DNA of 58,854 nt, filler included, from Stramenopiles sp. TOSAG23-3 (taxonomy: Eukaryota): assembly GCA_900128585.1 (NCBI GenBank). It is 6 parts of 6 records of this genome, joined end to end, with 100 filler letters (N's around TTAATTAATTAA, not from the genome) between each part and the next. Parts side by side here need not be neighbours in the genome. Positions count along the whole stretch, not along the records: positions 1 to 17,609 come from LT642446.1; positions 17,710 to 35,283 come from LT642447.1; 4 more parts are not named here. One strand, 5' to 3'. The position numbers and the translations under genes are program-made. The notes under the pieces were generated by a model. The model was not told where the DNA came from. It saw only the letters and a program-made list of their open reading frames with translations, and did no database searches. Positions 11,510-21,708 of this stretch are shown one piece after another. Position 1 is the first letter of the stretch. Every line of letters starts with the position of its first letter.

Positions 11510-13495
11510 ATGCTGGGGTTTGGTTCTTGGGTTGAATTGGTCGTGTTGGGTTTGGGCTTGTGCTTTCTCCAACGATGCGACGGGACGACGGTTATTGATA
11601 ACAATCATCCTCGTTATGACAATAAAGGAAACATACTAAGGGCGGGGGAAGGGAACCTGGCCAAGTTTGGAGAGACGTATTACTTGTACGTGGCTCGATA
11701 TCAGTGCTGCCCTGTTTCAATGCAGCCAGCGTGCTACAAGCCCTGCGCGTTGGAGAAAACGACTGTCGCCGTTTACTCGAGCAAAGACCTTAACAGCCGG
11801 TCTTGGATTCTGGAAACTTCAGATGCTTTCCCAACAATGACTAATATGTCTTCCCCGTTTTCAAACATAAACGTGAGTTACATGGAGCCCAGCGTTTTCT
11901 ATTCGAAGCAGGCGAACCACTATGCGCTCTGGCTTGGTATCGAAAGTGGAAAGCTCACCGGTCACCGGGTCGTGAGTGTTTCGAAAAGCCCGGTTGGCCC
12001 ATTTGAACCGGTGACCTTCAGTGCGCCCAACCTTCACACTGGCAACCAGTTTGAATTTTGGCAAGAGCAGAAAACGGGGACGGTGTATGCTGCCACCAAC
12101 ATGAAACCAGGCTACCATGACATGCCGCTGGAAGTGGTGGAGCTTGCTCCAGATTTGCTATCAGTGCTACCAAACCGCACCTCGGGGCCCATTCGTGCAC
12201 CAAAGCACGCATGGGATGAAGTCATTTCTCACGCATCTGCAGGCCCGGCCTCGATCGGACGCCTTGAAGGCGGCGGAATTTTTGAGCACAATGGAAAATG
12301 GTTCCTTATGTCTGGAGCGACGTGCTGTTTTTGTAAACGTGGGTCGAACGGTTTCGTTTGGGTATCGGAGAACCCTTTAGGTCCGTACGAATATGTTCGC
12401 GATATTGTTCCATGGAATGCAGAGAAGAACATGTTTGAGACAGGAGCTCAACAGTTTGGTGTCGCCCCCCTCTACACCAAGTCTGGCGTGGTTCCAATGT
12501 ACATTGGGCAGCGGGTGGGCAGTGCCGATGATGGCCTGAAGTGCCACGATTACAGCTACTGGCACCCCCTGGCGTTTGATGAAGCCGGAATGCCCGAAAC
12601 GATAAAATTTACCGGGACGTTTCAGGTTGACTTGAGTCCTTCGAAAATGATAGCAGAAAGTAGCAAGAAAATTGGTCTGTTGTTGGCGCTTTACAATGCC
12701 AACGTCTCTACCGATTGGTCGGTAGTTGCCCACGCAGCCAGTCGGATCCCAATACGGGCGATCGTCCCAGTTCAAGGGGTGCCTCCCCCTGATCCAGGAT
12801 GGGCTCCTCAATACCCTTTGTCCCAAGCATATCGGGATGGGGTTAACATGCTCCAGAAAGCAGGGATTGAGGTGTATGCTTACACGCACCTGCGGAACCT
12901 GTCTCGCCCCTGCTGCACCTGCTGCGGCAACATCACACAGTTTTCCGAGTGGATCAGTACAATCAAATCAGCGGCAGATTTTGACGGCGTGATGCTTGAC
13001 AATATGGACGCGCCTTGGTCAGCCCCGAACGAAACTCGCAAAGGGCTGGAGGAAATGTACATTCCTGCTGTAAAGCTGGTGCAACAAGCTGGTCTTGGCG
13101 TCTGGGCGAACGGGCCGCATGTGTCAAAGGTGGGGCACACCGACGCGGACGCGGCAGCTTGGAGAAAATTCCTGGAACTCTCCTCCTTTACGACTTTATT
13201 CGAGATGCCCGCAAACGATTGGTTAAATTACCCAGGGGACATAAACTTCGCAAACAAGCTTCAATGGCCATCGGCAAAACTAGGTGGATACGTTTTGGAT
13301 ATACCCACCGACCCGTCTACGTCCAAGCAGGACATTGAACGCTCTCTTCGATTGGCACTAAAACGCGGTCTAAACTGGATGTACCCAACCGTAACTTGTC
13401 AGCATCGAACTGGGTCCTGCACTTACGCCCACCTCCCTTCGTATTTCAATGCTCTTGTGGACATTGTTGAATCGATCAATGAAGAATCCTCCTGA
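11510..13495 (+). CDS. Secreted glycoside hydrolase: GH43-like beta-propeller fused to a spherulin-4/GH135-like domain
   Basis: Signal peptide MLGFGSWVELVVLGLGLCFLQRCDG. Propeller motifs SKSPVGPF, LEGGGIFEHNGKWFLM and SENPLGPY. C-terminal LLALY..W..V, GIEVYAYT and FDGVMLDN resemble spherulin-4. Confidence 0.75.
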   Translation: MLGFGSWVELVVLGLGLCFLQRCDGTTVIDNNHPRYDNKGNILRAGEGNLAKFGETYYLYVARYQCCPVSMQPACYKPCALEKTTVAVYSSKDLNSRSWILETSDAFPTMTNMSSPFSNINVSYMEPSVFYSKQANHYALWLGIESGKLTGHRVVSVSKSPVGPFEPVTFSAPNLHTGNQFEFWQEQKTGTVYAATNMKPGYHDMPLEVVELAPDLLSVLPNRTSGPIRAPKHAWDEVISHASAGPASIGRLEGGGIFEHNGKWFLMSGATCCFCKRGSNGFVWVSENPLGPYEYVRDIVPWNAEKNMFETGAQQFGVAPLYTKSGVVPMYIGQRVGSADDGLKCHDYSYWHPLAFDEAGMPETIKFTGTFQVDLSPSKMIAESSKKIGLLLALYNANVSTDWSVVAHAASRIPIRAIVPVQGVPPPDPGWAPQYPLSQAYRDGVNMLQKAGIEVYAYTHLRNLSRPCCTCCGNITQFSEWISTIKSAADFDGVMLDNMDAPWSAPNETRKGLEEMYIPAVKLVQQAGLGVWANGPHVSKVGHTDADAAAWRKFLELSSFTTLFEMPANDWLNYPGDINFANKLQWPSAKLGGYVLDIPTDPSTSKQDIERSLRLALKRGLNWMYPTVTCQHRTGSCTYAHLPSYFNALVDIVESINEESS

Positions 13496-14139
13496 TGAGA
13501 AAAAATGATAAAATTAAACATCAACACACAGCAGCATTTTAATTTGTTGGATTTGTTTTTGTTTGTGTTTGCGTGAGTGTATAATTTTACATAAATATAA
13601 AAATATAATTAACACGCCATATAGTGCTCAACTCAATCCAAAGGACTTTAAAAAATAATATATTCTTCTTCTTCTAAAATAAAAAAATGTAATAAAATAA
13701 TATATATAAAAAATACCGTAGCTCCTCCTGCTGTGAAGCTTATAAAAGCTGCTGCTTGATGAGACAATATATTTTATTAATTAATAACATTTTTTTTTTT
13801 TTTTTTTGAGGAGAAGAAGAAGAGAAGAAGAAGAAGAAGATAGAAGATAGAAGAAAGAAGAAGAAGGAAGAAATGAAGAAGAAGAGCGGCGAGCCAGAGG
13901 AGAAGAAGATTCGATTGAATTCATCCTTGATTACATTTGTGTGTATGCTAACAACTTGATTATAATTGCTCACCAAATCTCCTTACAAAGAAAGAAAACA
14001 AAAGGCCCCCTAGTTTCACATTGATTACACACCAACACAACGCCCTGACCCCCCACCCAAAGTTACGAAGTAATGGCAGAGCAATAGTTCGTTCATTTCT
14101 GTGTTAGTATTTTTGGTTGACTGACCTCATTTTTGAGCC

Positions 14140-14916
14140 ATGGAAGCAGGGGAGTTTTCCAACGTGCTCAGTGACTTTTACAAAAAAGTTGACCCTGGAA
14201 AGCTTGGCAACGTTCCGGTTATAGTTAAAAAGTACCTGAACAATCAAGATCACTTGCTGAAATTTTTAGAGAAAAAGTATGGTTGTCCTGTAAAAGCGGC
14301 TTCAGGGTCGAGCGGCGACCCCACGCCTTCATCTGACGTGCCACCTCACTTGGACGTTCACTCCAAGTCTTTTGACCCCGCGGCGGCTCTAAGCGTAGAC
14401 TGCCTCCGCATCCCATTCCCAAACGCAAAGCCTTTGGACCGCCTTTTCAAATTCAGGCTGTTCTTGCCCCATGACCACGACGATTACGACGGCCGCATAC
14501 ACCTCGGTAAATCAAAGAGCACGAAACGGAGGGACGAGAAAAACCCAGAGAGAAAGCCATTCCAAGCCTACACGGACGCGCTTGCGGAAAGTTTCAAAAA
14601 AGGGCCTTTGAGCATACTGCGACGGTGCATGGCAGAGAAACGGCGCGTCGTAGTTCACATACGGCGGTTCAAAGGAATAAAGGGGACCTGCGTCGGTTTT
14701 TTGGAGGCATTTGATAGGCACTGTAACATGGTCCTTTCGGACGTTCACGAAGACTTCTTGATGTTCGACCATTACCGAACCGTCGTGAGCACTCCAACCC
14801 CAACCTGTCCAAAAAAGAAGCAATGGAAAGAGCCGGTCCTGAAGCCACGGAAGCGCTACTTTAAGCGTTTGTTTTTGCGGGGTGATAACGTAGTCTTGGT
14901 GGGGTTAGGGGAGTAG
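14140..14916 (+). CDS. LSM11: U7 snRNP-type Sm-like protein LSm11
   Basis: LDVHSKSFDPAAAL...PFPNA matches the LSm11 N-terminal box. GPLSILRRC..RVVVHIRRFKGIKGTCVGFLEAFDRHCNMVLSDV is Sm1, separated by an insert from Sm2 (LFLRGDNVVLV). Confidence 0.88.
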   Translation: MEAGEFSNVLSDFYKKVDPGKLGNVPVIVKKYLNNQDHLLKFLEKKYGCPVKAASGSSGDPTPSSDVPPHLDVHSKSFDPAAALSVDCLRIPFPNAKPLDRLFKFRLFLPHDHDDYDGRIHLGKSKSTKRRDEKNPERKPFQAYTDALAESFKKGPLSILRRCMAEKRRVVVHIRRFKGIKGTCVGFLEAFDRHCNMVLSDVHEDFLMFDHYRTVVSTPTPTCPKKKQWKEPVLKPRKRYFKRLFLRGDNVVLVGLGE

Positions 14917-15074
14917 ACACCTGTAAAAAAAGTAATGTGATGTGTATAGTGTACCTCCAAGTATTAAATCAATTTAAATCGAGAGCTCCCTTTTTCTCTT
15001 TTGCACAACTGACACACTCTTCTCTCTTGAAAGGTGCTCTTCTCGGCAACGTGCCCCCTCACTATTCCGCGTCC

Positions 15075-16574
15075 TCAGGCCTGCTGCTCCTGCACCAGGC
15101 CCACCTCTGCGTCGGGCGCGCCCACGTTGTCGCTGTGTCCCGTCCCGATGAGTGCCACCAGCGACTTTCTGGGCTGTCGAAGTATCATCGAAAGTCGTTT
15201 TGATGCCTTCACTACGGCTGCCTCCACCTCTGCGCTCGGGTCGATGCGGAAATCATTCCAAAAGGTCAAAAGGTACAGAAGCAACGACAGGATGGTTAAG
15301 GTCTGGTTCGTCGACCGCATCATCATGATACTGTAGCAGTACGGGGACTTCTGCCCGCAGCAATCGATCGTGAAGTCCTTCCTCGTGGCAACCCCGGGCT
15401 GATAGTCCTTCCCTGGGCCGACGTCGGGCTGGTAATACGTACCGCAATAAACCCCTTCCCTCCCGCCTACGTTGTTCGTCAATGGTATTCCTATGAAGTA
15501 AGACACGGAAAAAAAAAGAAAGGTGCACGCCGACACGGCGTACTTGTACAGCAACGACTTCCTCCGCAGACGCAATATCTTCTCCCTCGCGTTGTTCACC
15601 GTAGCAGCGTTCTTGCTTTCTCGCATCTGCTTCTGGCGCTTCCTGTTTTCCTTGCTCAGTGCCCACTTCAGCTGTATCCGCGCGTTCACCGTGTTTGCTA
15701 CCTGAAAGAGGACCATCGCAAGAAAAAAAGTATACGAAAAGTTTATGTGAGAGCTGCAGGTATTGACGTCACACCAGGCCAGGCCGATGAGGCAGACCCC
15801 CCCGACGATCCCACAGACGAGCGCCACGATCTTGAGAACGTTCAGAATGGATTCGGACCCCGTCTTCCTCTGCTTGATTTGACGCCGGGTAATCCCAGCA
15901 ATCTGATGCCTCATAAAGTTCTCGCCAGAGAGAAACCAGATGAACATCCCCGTAATGGTCAGCCCAGGAGCAAAAATCCAAAACTGTGGACTGTCGGCGC
16001 CGGCGTCCGAAAAAAGCGGGTAGTCGATACCGCCAATATCGCTCGAGCAATCGAACTCGTGCGTCGCCAAGTACTCCGAAGCGTTCATCCCATTCGACAT
16101 GACGGTGGGCAGCAAACCCCCATCGAGCTCTTTCTTGCAGAACCCCTTCATTACGCACCATGAATTTGACACGTTCGACCCGGTCGCCAGCACAAACCAG
16201 TCCGGCCCTTTCGGGCACTTTGCTTGGTCGTACGTCGACCGGTTTACAATAATAGTAATGAGCAGCGTGACCACTGCGACGCCCAGGGCCCCGGCAGGAT
16301 AGAACTGGGAGGACCCAGGCATCACGGATTTGTACAAGTTCAAGTCCATGGACTTTGTCCTCGAGGACGAGCGCCCGCGCATCCCCAGGCTTGCATGGCT
16401 CGTGTGCGGGGGCAGGCTCGCGCCCTGGTCCTCTGGAGCAGCCCCAGCCCCCGTGTCGTTCGTTGCAGAAATATTGTCGAACTCGGACGTTTCCATGTCA
16501 AACGTTTCTACGCTATGGTGGTGGTGATGGTTAGAGTTTCTACGGTTCAAAAGCAACAGTGTCGAATCCTGCAT
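15075..16574 (-). CDS. Frag1/DRAM/Sfk1 (TMEM150-like) multipass membrane protein with Cys-rich luminal loops
   Basis: YPLFSDAGADSPQFWIF resembles the family P-x-IS-D-x-G-x-x-P-x-x-x-IF motif. Six TM segments with a conserved His before TM4. First ATG at 16574. Confidence 0.72.
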   Translation of the reverse strand: MQDSTLLLLNRRNSNHHHHHSVETFDMETSEFDNISATNDTGAGAAPEDQGASLPPHTSHASLGMRGRSSSRTKSMDLNLYKSVMPGSSQFYPAGALGVAVVTLLITIIVNRSTYDQAKCPKGPDWFVLATGSNVSNSWCVMKGFCKKELDGGLLPTVMSNGMNASEYLATHEFDCSSDIGGIDYPLFSDAGADSPQFWIFAPGLTITGMFIWFLSGENFMRHQIAGITRRQIKQRKTGSESILNVLKIVALVCGIVGGVCLIGLAWCDVNTCSSHINFSYTFFLAMVLFQVANTVNARIQLKWALSKENRKRQKQMRESKNAATVNNAREKILRLRRKSLLYKYAVSACTFLFFSVSYFIGIPLTNNVGGREGVYCGTYYQPDVGPGKDYQPGVATRKDFTIDCCGQKSPYCYSIMMMRSTNQTLTILSLLLYLLTFWNDFRIDPSAEVEAAVVKASKRLSMILRQPRKSLVALIGTGHSDNVGAPDAEVGLVQEQQA

Positions 16575-17122
16575 ACTGTGACCTTTACTTTCCTGTTGCA
16601 CTCATCATCATATTGAATTGTTTTATATTTACATCATCATCATCATGTTTTCTACTGTTACGTATACACGGACGTTTCCTTCTTTTCGATACTAAAGTGG
16701 TGGTGGATTTGTTTTCTTCTTCTTCTTCAGTGGTGTAATAATAACTTTTAATACTATTTTTTTTTTATTATTACTATTCCGTAGTACGGTGCCTCCTGGT
16801 ATAAAATATTAGAAGAAGAAGATAATAATAGATCATCGACGATGATAATAAAATAATAAAAAAATAATCAATACAAAAAAAGATACCAATACTATTCCCT
16901 GCTATTAATATTATACCATCCTATATGGTATTGTATTAATTAAAACCTTTTATCGTTGATGATAATGATGATGAGAACTGGAATAAATATAAACCCCCAG
17001 GAGGAGGACAGAGGATACGATATCCTCGTAATAGATCCTCGTTTTCTCGAATTTATTTTTTGTCTTGATTGGTTTTGTACTACGTAGTATTAATAGTATA
17101 CGAGGACGTATTGGAAGATATT

Positions 17123-17274
17123 CTTTGATCTCTTCTTTCTTCTTTGATCTCTTCTTTTTTCTTTGATCTCTTCTGTCTTCTTTGATCTCTTCTTTTTTCT
17201 TTGATCTCTTCTGTCTTCTTTGATCTCTTCTTTCTTCTTTGATCTCTTCTTTCTTCTTTGATCTCTTCTTTCTT
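17123..17274. repeat. 19-bp minisatellite, 8 copies (CTTTGATCTCTTCT[T/G]T[C/T]TT)
   Basis: Eight consecutive near-identical units. Confidence 0.92.
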
Positions 17275-17609
17275 CTTCCCTTCTTTTTTTTTTCTCCATT
17301 TTTTTTAAAGACTATTTGCTTTTTTGTTGTTGTTGCTTTTTTAGCTTTGGGTGGATCTTTGATAAATCACCTATTTGATATTAATACACAATGGAATACA
17401 ATGGAACATTGTTCTAGTATCCAATAAAATAACTTTCCAAATAACAATCTTTATCAAATGCTATTTCTATACAATAACATAGTGATAGTATATGATAAAA
17501 AAATATTAAAATAAATATAAATAATAAAAATTCTTTCTTCTTTCTTCTTTCTTCTTTCTTCTTTCTTCTTTCTTCTTTCTTCTTTCTTCTTTCTTCTTTC
17601 TTCTTTCTT

Positions 17610-17709
17610 NNNNNNNNNNNNNNNNNNNNNNNNNNNNNNNNNNNNNNNNNNNNTTAATTAATTAANNNNNNNNNNNNNNNNNNNNNNNNNNNNNNNNNNN
17701 NNNNNNNNN
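17610..17709. other. Artificial contig linker/gap
   Basis: 44 N + TTAATTAATTAA (stops in all six frames) + 44 N. Confidence 0.97.
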
Positions 17710-18257
17710 TGATGATGTGATGCGGTGGTGGGTCGATGATCCGATCGATTGGATGATTGAAAATATTATTACCTGCTGCTGCTGTTGTTATTATATTATA
17801 ATATTAATAATTAGTTCTTCTCTCTTGCTGTGCTTCTTCTGTCTGCTGCCCTTGTTGTTGTGATTATTAATATTTTAATATAATAATATTATTAAATATT
17901 GAGAATTTTTTTTTTCTTCTTCTTCTTTTTTTCTTTTTTTCTCTTCTTCTTTTTTTTTCGTTCTTCTTCTTCTTCTTCGATTCTTCTATATCATCTTCTT
18001 TTTTTTTAATTTTTTTTATTATTATTATTAATTATTATTATTTTTAGAGTACCGTAGTAGCTCGCTATTATTACGACGAAGAAGAATGCAATCATTGCAA
18101 CATGGCATGATGAAAAACAACTTCAAATAACAGCGATGAATCAAACATCGAGGCGTGCATAGAAATGGCGACAGTTGGGTTTTCCCCAAAATTTCAACCG
18201 CAACCATAACCCAGTCGTGGAAACCACGGGGCTGGAAACAAAACGTCGCCGGGAAAT

Positions 18258-20696
18258 ATGGAACACTTTATGATGTTGCAAGAGGCGCGGTTTGAATTGT
18301 TCATTCCCCCCGTAGAGGGCTCTGTTACGGACAAGGGGGTTGCGTCTAGGACGGTCGGGTTTCAGGGCGAATCGGTTCGTGTGTACATTCTCATTTATAC
18401 TGATGGGGTTGAGGATGGGGAACATGTGAATAAAATCAAGGAGAAAGAATCCCTTTTTAGTTCTCTGAAGTTTGAAACCCAACTTAATTTACTAGACTCA
18501 GGGGTTAGTGTTGTCGAGAGCTCCCAGGGACGTGCTTCCGTAAGTGCTGTTCCGGCGTCTCTAATGGCGAGCGAAAGCACAGAATACGACGCCCTCTACC
18601 ACTCGGTGTCTATGGCCAAGCGAGCGTCCTTTGCGGACAGCGGCAATGGCGACCCAGAATCGATTAGGCTAACCGGGACAGAGAGCAGCAATGCTAGCGG
18701 CTATCGCCACTCACCCACGCGCCGGCGCCGCTTGAGCTTCGTCGCAGACGACGTGCTTGAAGAGTTTGAACAGCCGGACTATATATACAAGGTTGTTGTG
18801 CCAATGAGGGTTCAACAGAAATACATCGGGGAGACGTTGAAGCTCTTAATAACTGTCTCCCCGAGTGGCTTTCATGGTGCAAACTCTAGTAGCTCGGACA
18901 GTTTTGAATCTTTTGATTGGGATCAACCGAATAGGCAACTTGAAATCACGGATCATCGAAATTTCTTCAATTCAATTATAGAGCGTAGCGTTCATAGCGC
19001 AATGGATATACCTCGGAAGCAAGTCATTACAAATTTCAAAGTGCTCGACCCGCTTTCAGTTTCAGTGTCTTCTTCCTCCGTCAATTTAGTAACGTATATC
19101 AACATCACAGCAATTAATTCACACCCCAGTTTGTCGCTTACCATTTCTGACCTAAGGTTCTTGTTGAACACGACTCTGGCACTGGTAACTGTGGGGGGGA
19201 AAGAGCAAGCGACGCTGTTTCCTGCGATCGAGTCAATTTTACAAGTCAACTCCTCGTTTGCGAACGATTTTCCGTTGCAATTGGACCCATTTGAAGAGTA
19301 TTGTTTCCTGCTACAGTTGGAGCCGCCGTCGGCCATGTTCTCGTCTCCTGTTCGCGGCGGGCTGGAAGACCCTGTAGATAGCAGGTTTAGGAACCAGGAC
19401 AATGGATCCTTGAAGGACCCCGACAGCGTAGAGAATTTTCGTCCAAGTGATGGAATTGTTTTGAACACGGGGTTATTTCAAACACAAACAAATATATTTT
19501 GGCGGGTCCTCACCGAAGAAAAAGGGAAGGAACCACCTGCGAACGCAAAAGACCAATCATTTGTGAGCACAGTGGAAGTGAAGTGGTCCCGAGAGGTACA
19601 TTTAGACTCCCAAAATATGTTGCTGATGGAAATGGAGTACGATAACGTAGTTGCGGTAAACCACATTTTTACCATTCACATTGCTTTAACGAACACAGGC
19701 GGCGAGGAATTGAATAATCTAGTACTGACAGTGCCGGTGGATGATAAAAGCGAGACACTGTATGCGTGGGAAAGCGAATCACCCTCCGAAAATGTTGTTG
19801 AAAGCACAGCATTTGATGTGCAGCGGAGGAATTCGAAAGAGCAGCTGTACGGTGCCGAAGTAGCGGAAAACGAACCGTTGAGTGGCGAGTTTCGTAAAGC
19901 AGGCACCTCGTTAGAAGATATAGACTTACAGGGAGGCAGCGACCCCGAGCGGAGTTCCCGAAGCTCCTTTTTTGGGTCCCTCCCGTCTCCTGATGGGGTT
20001 AACTCGTTCCATGGCGTTTTGAAGACATTTTCTGGCGTTTCCGCACCGGCCGACGTGCCATGCAATTGCATTTTGCAAATAAATGCCGATGGGTTAAGGG
20101 TTCTCATGGCCCCCAGTAGCCGAACTGGATTGGGAGAAACTAAATATTGGCCATTTTTGGCGTTAAAGCATTTTAAAGCTGCTACCATGCAGAATGAGAA
20201 AAAAGGGCTGACGTTAGAACTTGACGACGAGTTTTTGTCATTTTTTGTTCGGGATGTCAAGCCTATCCTGTCCAGATTCAGCACGGTGGAGTCAATATTG
20301 AAGCCAATGATGCTGCAGTCCAACAGCACGAAGCTTAAAGACGAGGAAGGCGCGAAAAGCGCAAGTAATACCACTCGTGGAGAGGCGGGACAGAAATCGC
20401 CGACGGTCGTCTGCTTAGAAGCAAGCTTGCCCATTGGCCACGTTTCACCCGGGGACACCACCTGCGCCACACTGCACTTTTTGCCTTTGCGGACTGGCAA
20501 TTTGCTGTTGTCAAGTATTCAAGTCTACAACCCATTGTCGAAGGTTGTATATAAAATGAAGAATCCAACAGAGATATCGGTGCTGCCTGAAAGCGAGCTA
20601 GAGAGTGTGAATTTGAACATAGAAGAACACTGCAGTCCCAGAACGCCTTTAAAATCGACAGGCCTTTCTCCTGAAGCCGTGGAGCTAGTCATTTAA
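18258..20696 (+). CDS. Probable TRAPP II/III accessory subunit (Trs65/TRAPPC13/TRAPPC14-like Ig-sandwich protein) with possible PH-like insertion
   Basis: 812-aa ORF. VAVNHIFTIHIALTN and VVCLEASLPIGHVSPGDTTCATLHFLPLRTGNLLLSSIQVYN resemble TRAPP C-terminal Ig-like domains. The ORF is solid; the product call is tentative. Confidence 0.55.
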   Translation: MEHFMMLQEARFELFIPPVEGSVTDKGVASRTVGFQGESVRVYILIYTDGVEDGEHVNKIKEKESLFSSLKFETQLNLLDSGVSVVESSQGRASVSAVPASLMASESTEYDALYHSVSMAKRASFADSGNGDPESIRLTGTESSNASGYRHSPTRRRRLSFVADDVLEEFEQPDYIYKVVVPMRVQQKYIGETLKLLITVSPSGFHGANSSSSDSFESFDWDQPNRQLEITDHRNFFNSIIERSVHSAMDIPRKQVITNFKVLDPLSVSVSSSSVNLVTYINITAINSHPSLSLTISDLRFLLNTTLALVTVGGKEQATLFPAIESILQVNSSFANDFPLQLDPFEEYCFLLQLEPPSAMFSSPVRGGLEDPVDSRFRNQDNGSLKDPDSVENFRPSDGIVLNTGLFQTQTNIFWRVLTEEKGKEPPANAKDQSFVSTVEVKWSREVHLDSQNMLLMEMEYDNVVAVNHIFTIHIALTNTGGEELNNLVLTVPVDDKSETLYAWESESPSENVVESTAFDVQRRNSKEQLYGAEVAENEPLSGEFRKAGTSLEDIDLQGGSDPERSSRSSFFGSLPSPDGVNSFHGVLKTFSGVSAPADVPCNCILQINADGLRVLMAPSSRTGLGETKYWPFLALKHFKAATMQNEKKGLTLELDDEFLSFFVRDVKPILSRFSTVESILKPMMLQSNSTKLKDEEGAKSASNTTRGEAGQKSPTVVCLEASLPIGHVSPGDTTCATLHFLPLRTGNLLLSSIQVYNPLSKVVYKMKNPTEISVLPESELESVNLNIEEHCSPRTPLKSTGLSPEAVELVI

Positions 20697-20925
20697 ATTT
20701 TGCGCCCGTCGAGATTTTGGCACAGTCATAACTATCATAGCCTGGGCTCCTACCGTAGGCGTGGGCAACGGAAGACAACGGGGCGGCAGACGGGGGTGTG
20801 AGAGTGTCCGCGGGCGAACGCAACACCACGTTGCTCTTATTTTGTAGACTCAAGTGGATGTACGTAACATATGATAAATTGTTTTTTAAATAAGTAAAAA
20901 CACTATTAGAAGAAATTGCTTTAGC

Positions 20926-21708
20926 TTACAAACGACCTCCTGCACCTGCAAGGCCATCAACTGTACCTTCTTCCATTTCACGTTTGACTTGGGCACCGGA
21001 TTCGGTGGCTCCACCTTCGTGGAACTCCATAAGCTTGGAAAGATCAAATTTAGGTTGGTTCAATACCTTGACTTTTCGGATGTAAACATCTTTAAGAGGG
21101 TAAACACCTTGGCACTCCTTCTCAATTTCTTTGCCAATGATTCCTGGGATAAACTTAAGAACAAGTTTCTTCAAGTCGCAAGCGGCGGCTTCACGGGTCA
21201 TAACGTCGATCATCTTCTTGCGGATCTTACGAACTTGCGAGCTCTGTGCGTAGCAAGTCTTCTTTTGTTGGTTTTTTCTCTTGTTGGTGAAAGCAATGCA
21301 GAAAAGACGCAGGGTGTAGCCATCTATTGTCTTAATGTCAACACTGGCCTCGATCAACGTTTGCCACTTCTTGATAAGGGCGCAAAGGCGATCGCGAGCG
21401 AAGTCCATACCGTAAAAGTTGGTCAAGACCGCTTTACCTGTGATTTCTTGAACTTGCAGTTTGACCTTGCGGTATCCAAGCTCTTCGTCTTTGTTAAGAT
21501 CGGCAAGAGAAACTTCGAAAATGCGACCCATAAGACTCTCGGTGGAGGTCTTAATACCAGCAGTTCTGTTTACGCAAGTCTTGCACACCTGTCTGTTGGT
21601 GAACATGTTTGGTGCTTTGACATCATACCAGTCCTTTTTGGTGAATGGGTCTACAACCTTCTTCTTGCCCTTCTTGCGTCCCAACTTCTTGTTTTTTCCG
21701 ACTGCCAT
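20926..21708 (-). CDS. RPS3A: 40S ribosomal protein S3a (eS1)
   Basis: [33 protein letters not shown] and [12 protein letters not shown]; intron-less. Confidence 0.99.
   Translation of the reverse strand: MAVGKNKKLGRKKGKKKVVDPFTKKDWYDVKAPNMFTNRQVCKTCVNRTAGIKTSTESLMGRIFEVSLADLNKDEELGYRKVKLQVQEITGKAVLTNFYGMDFARDRLCALIKKWQTLIEASVDIKTIDGYTLRLFCIAFTNKRKNQQKKTCYAQSSQVRKIRKKMIDVMTREAAACDLKKLVLKFIPGIIGKEIEKECQGVYPLKDVYIRKVKVLNQPKFDLSKLMEFHEGGATESGAQVKREMEEGTVDGLAGAGGRL

Noticed and set aside
13500..15070. U7 snRNA gene near LSm11
   Set aside because: No AATTTGTCTAG-like Sm site with a 3' hairpin was seen by eye.
16575..16611. 13-nt GT-AG intron linking an upstream ATG run to the DRAM-like gene
   Set aside because: It restores the frame but is shorter than known spliceosomal introns and is easily explained by chance.
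17654..17665. TTAATTAATTAA palindrome repeated five times in the window
   Set aside because: Always centred in an identical 100-nt N block; it is an artificial six-frame stop linker.
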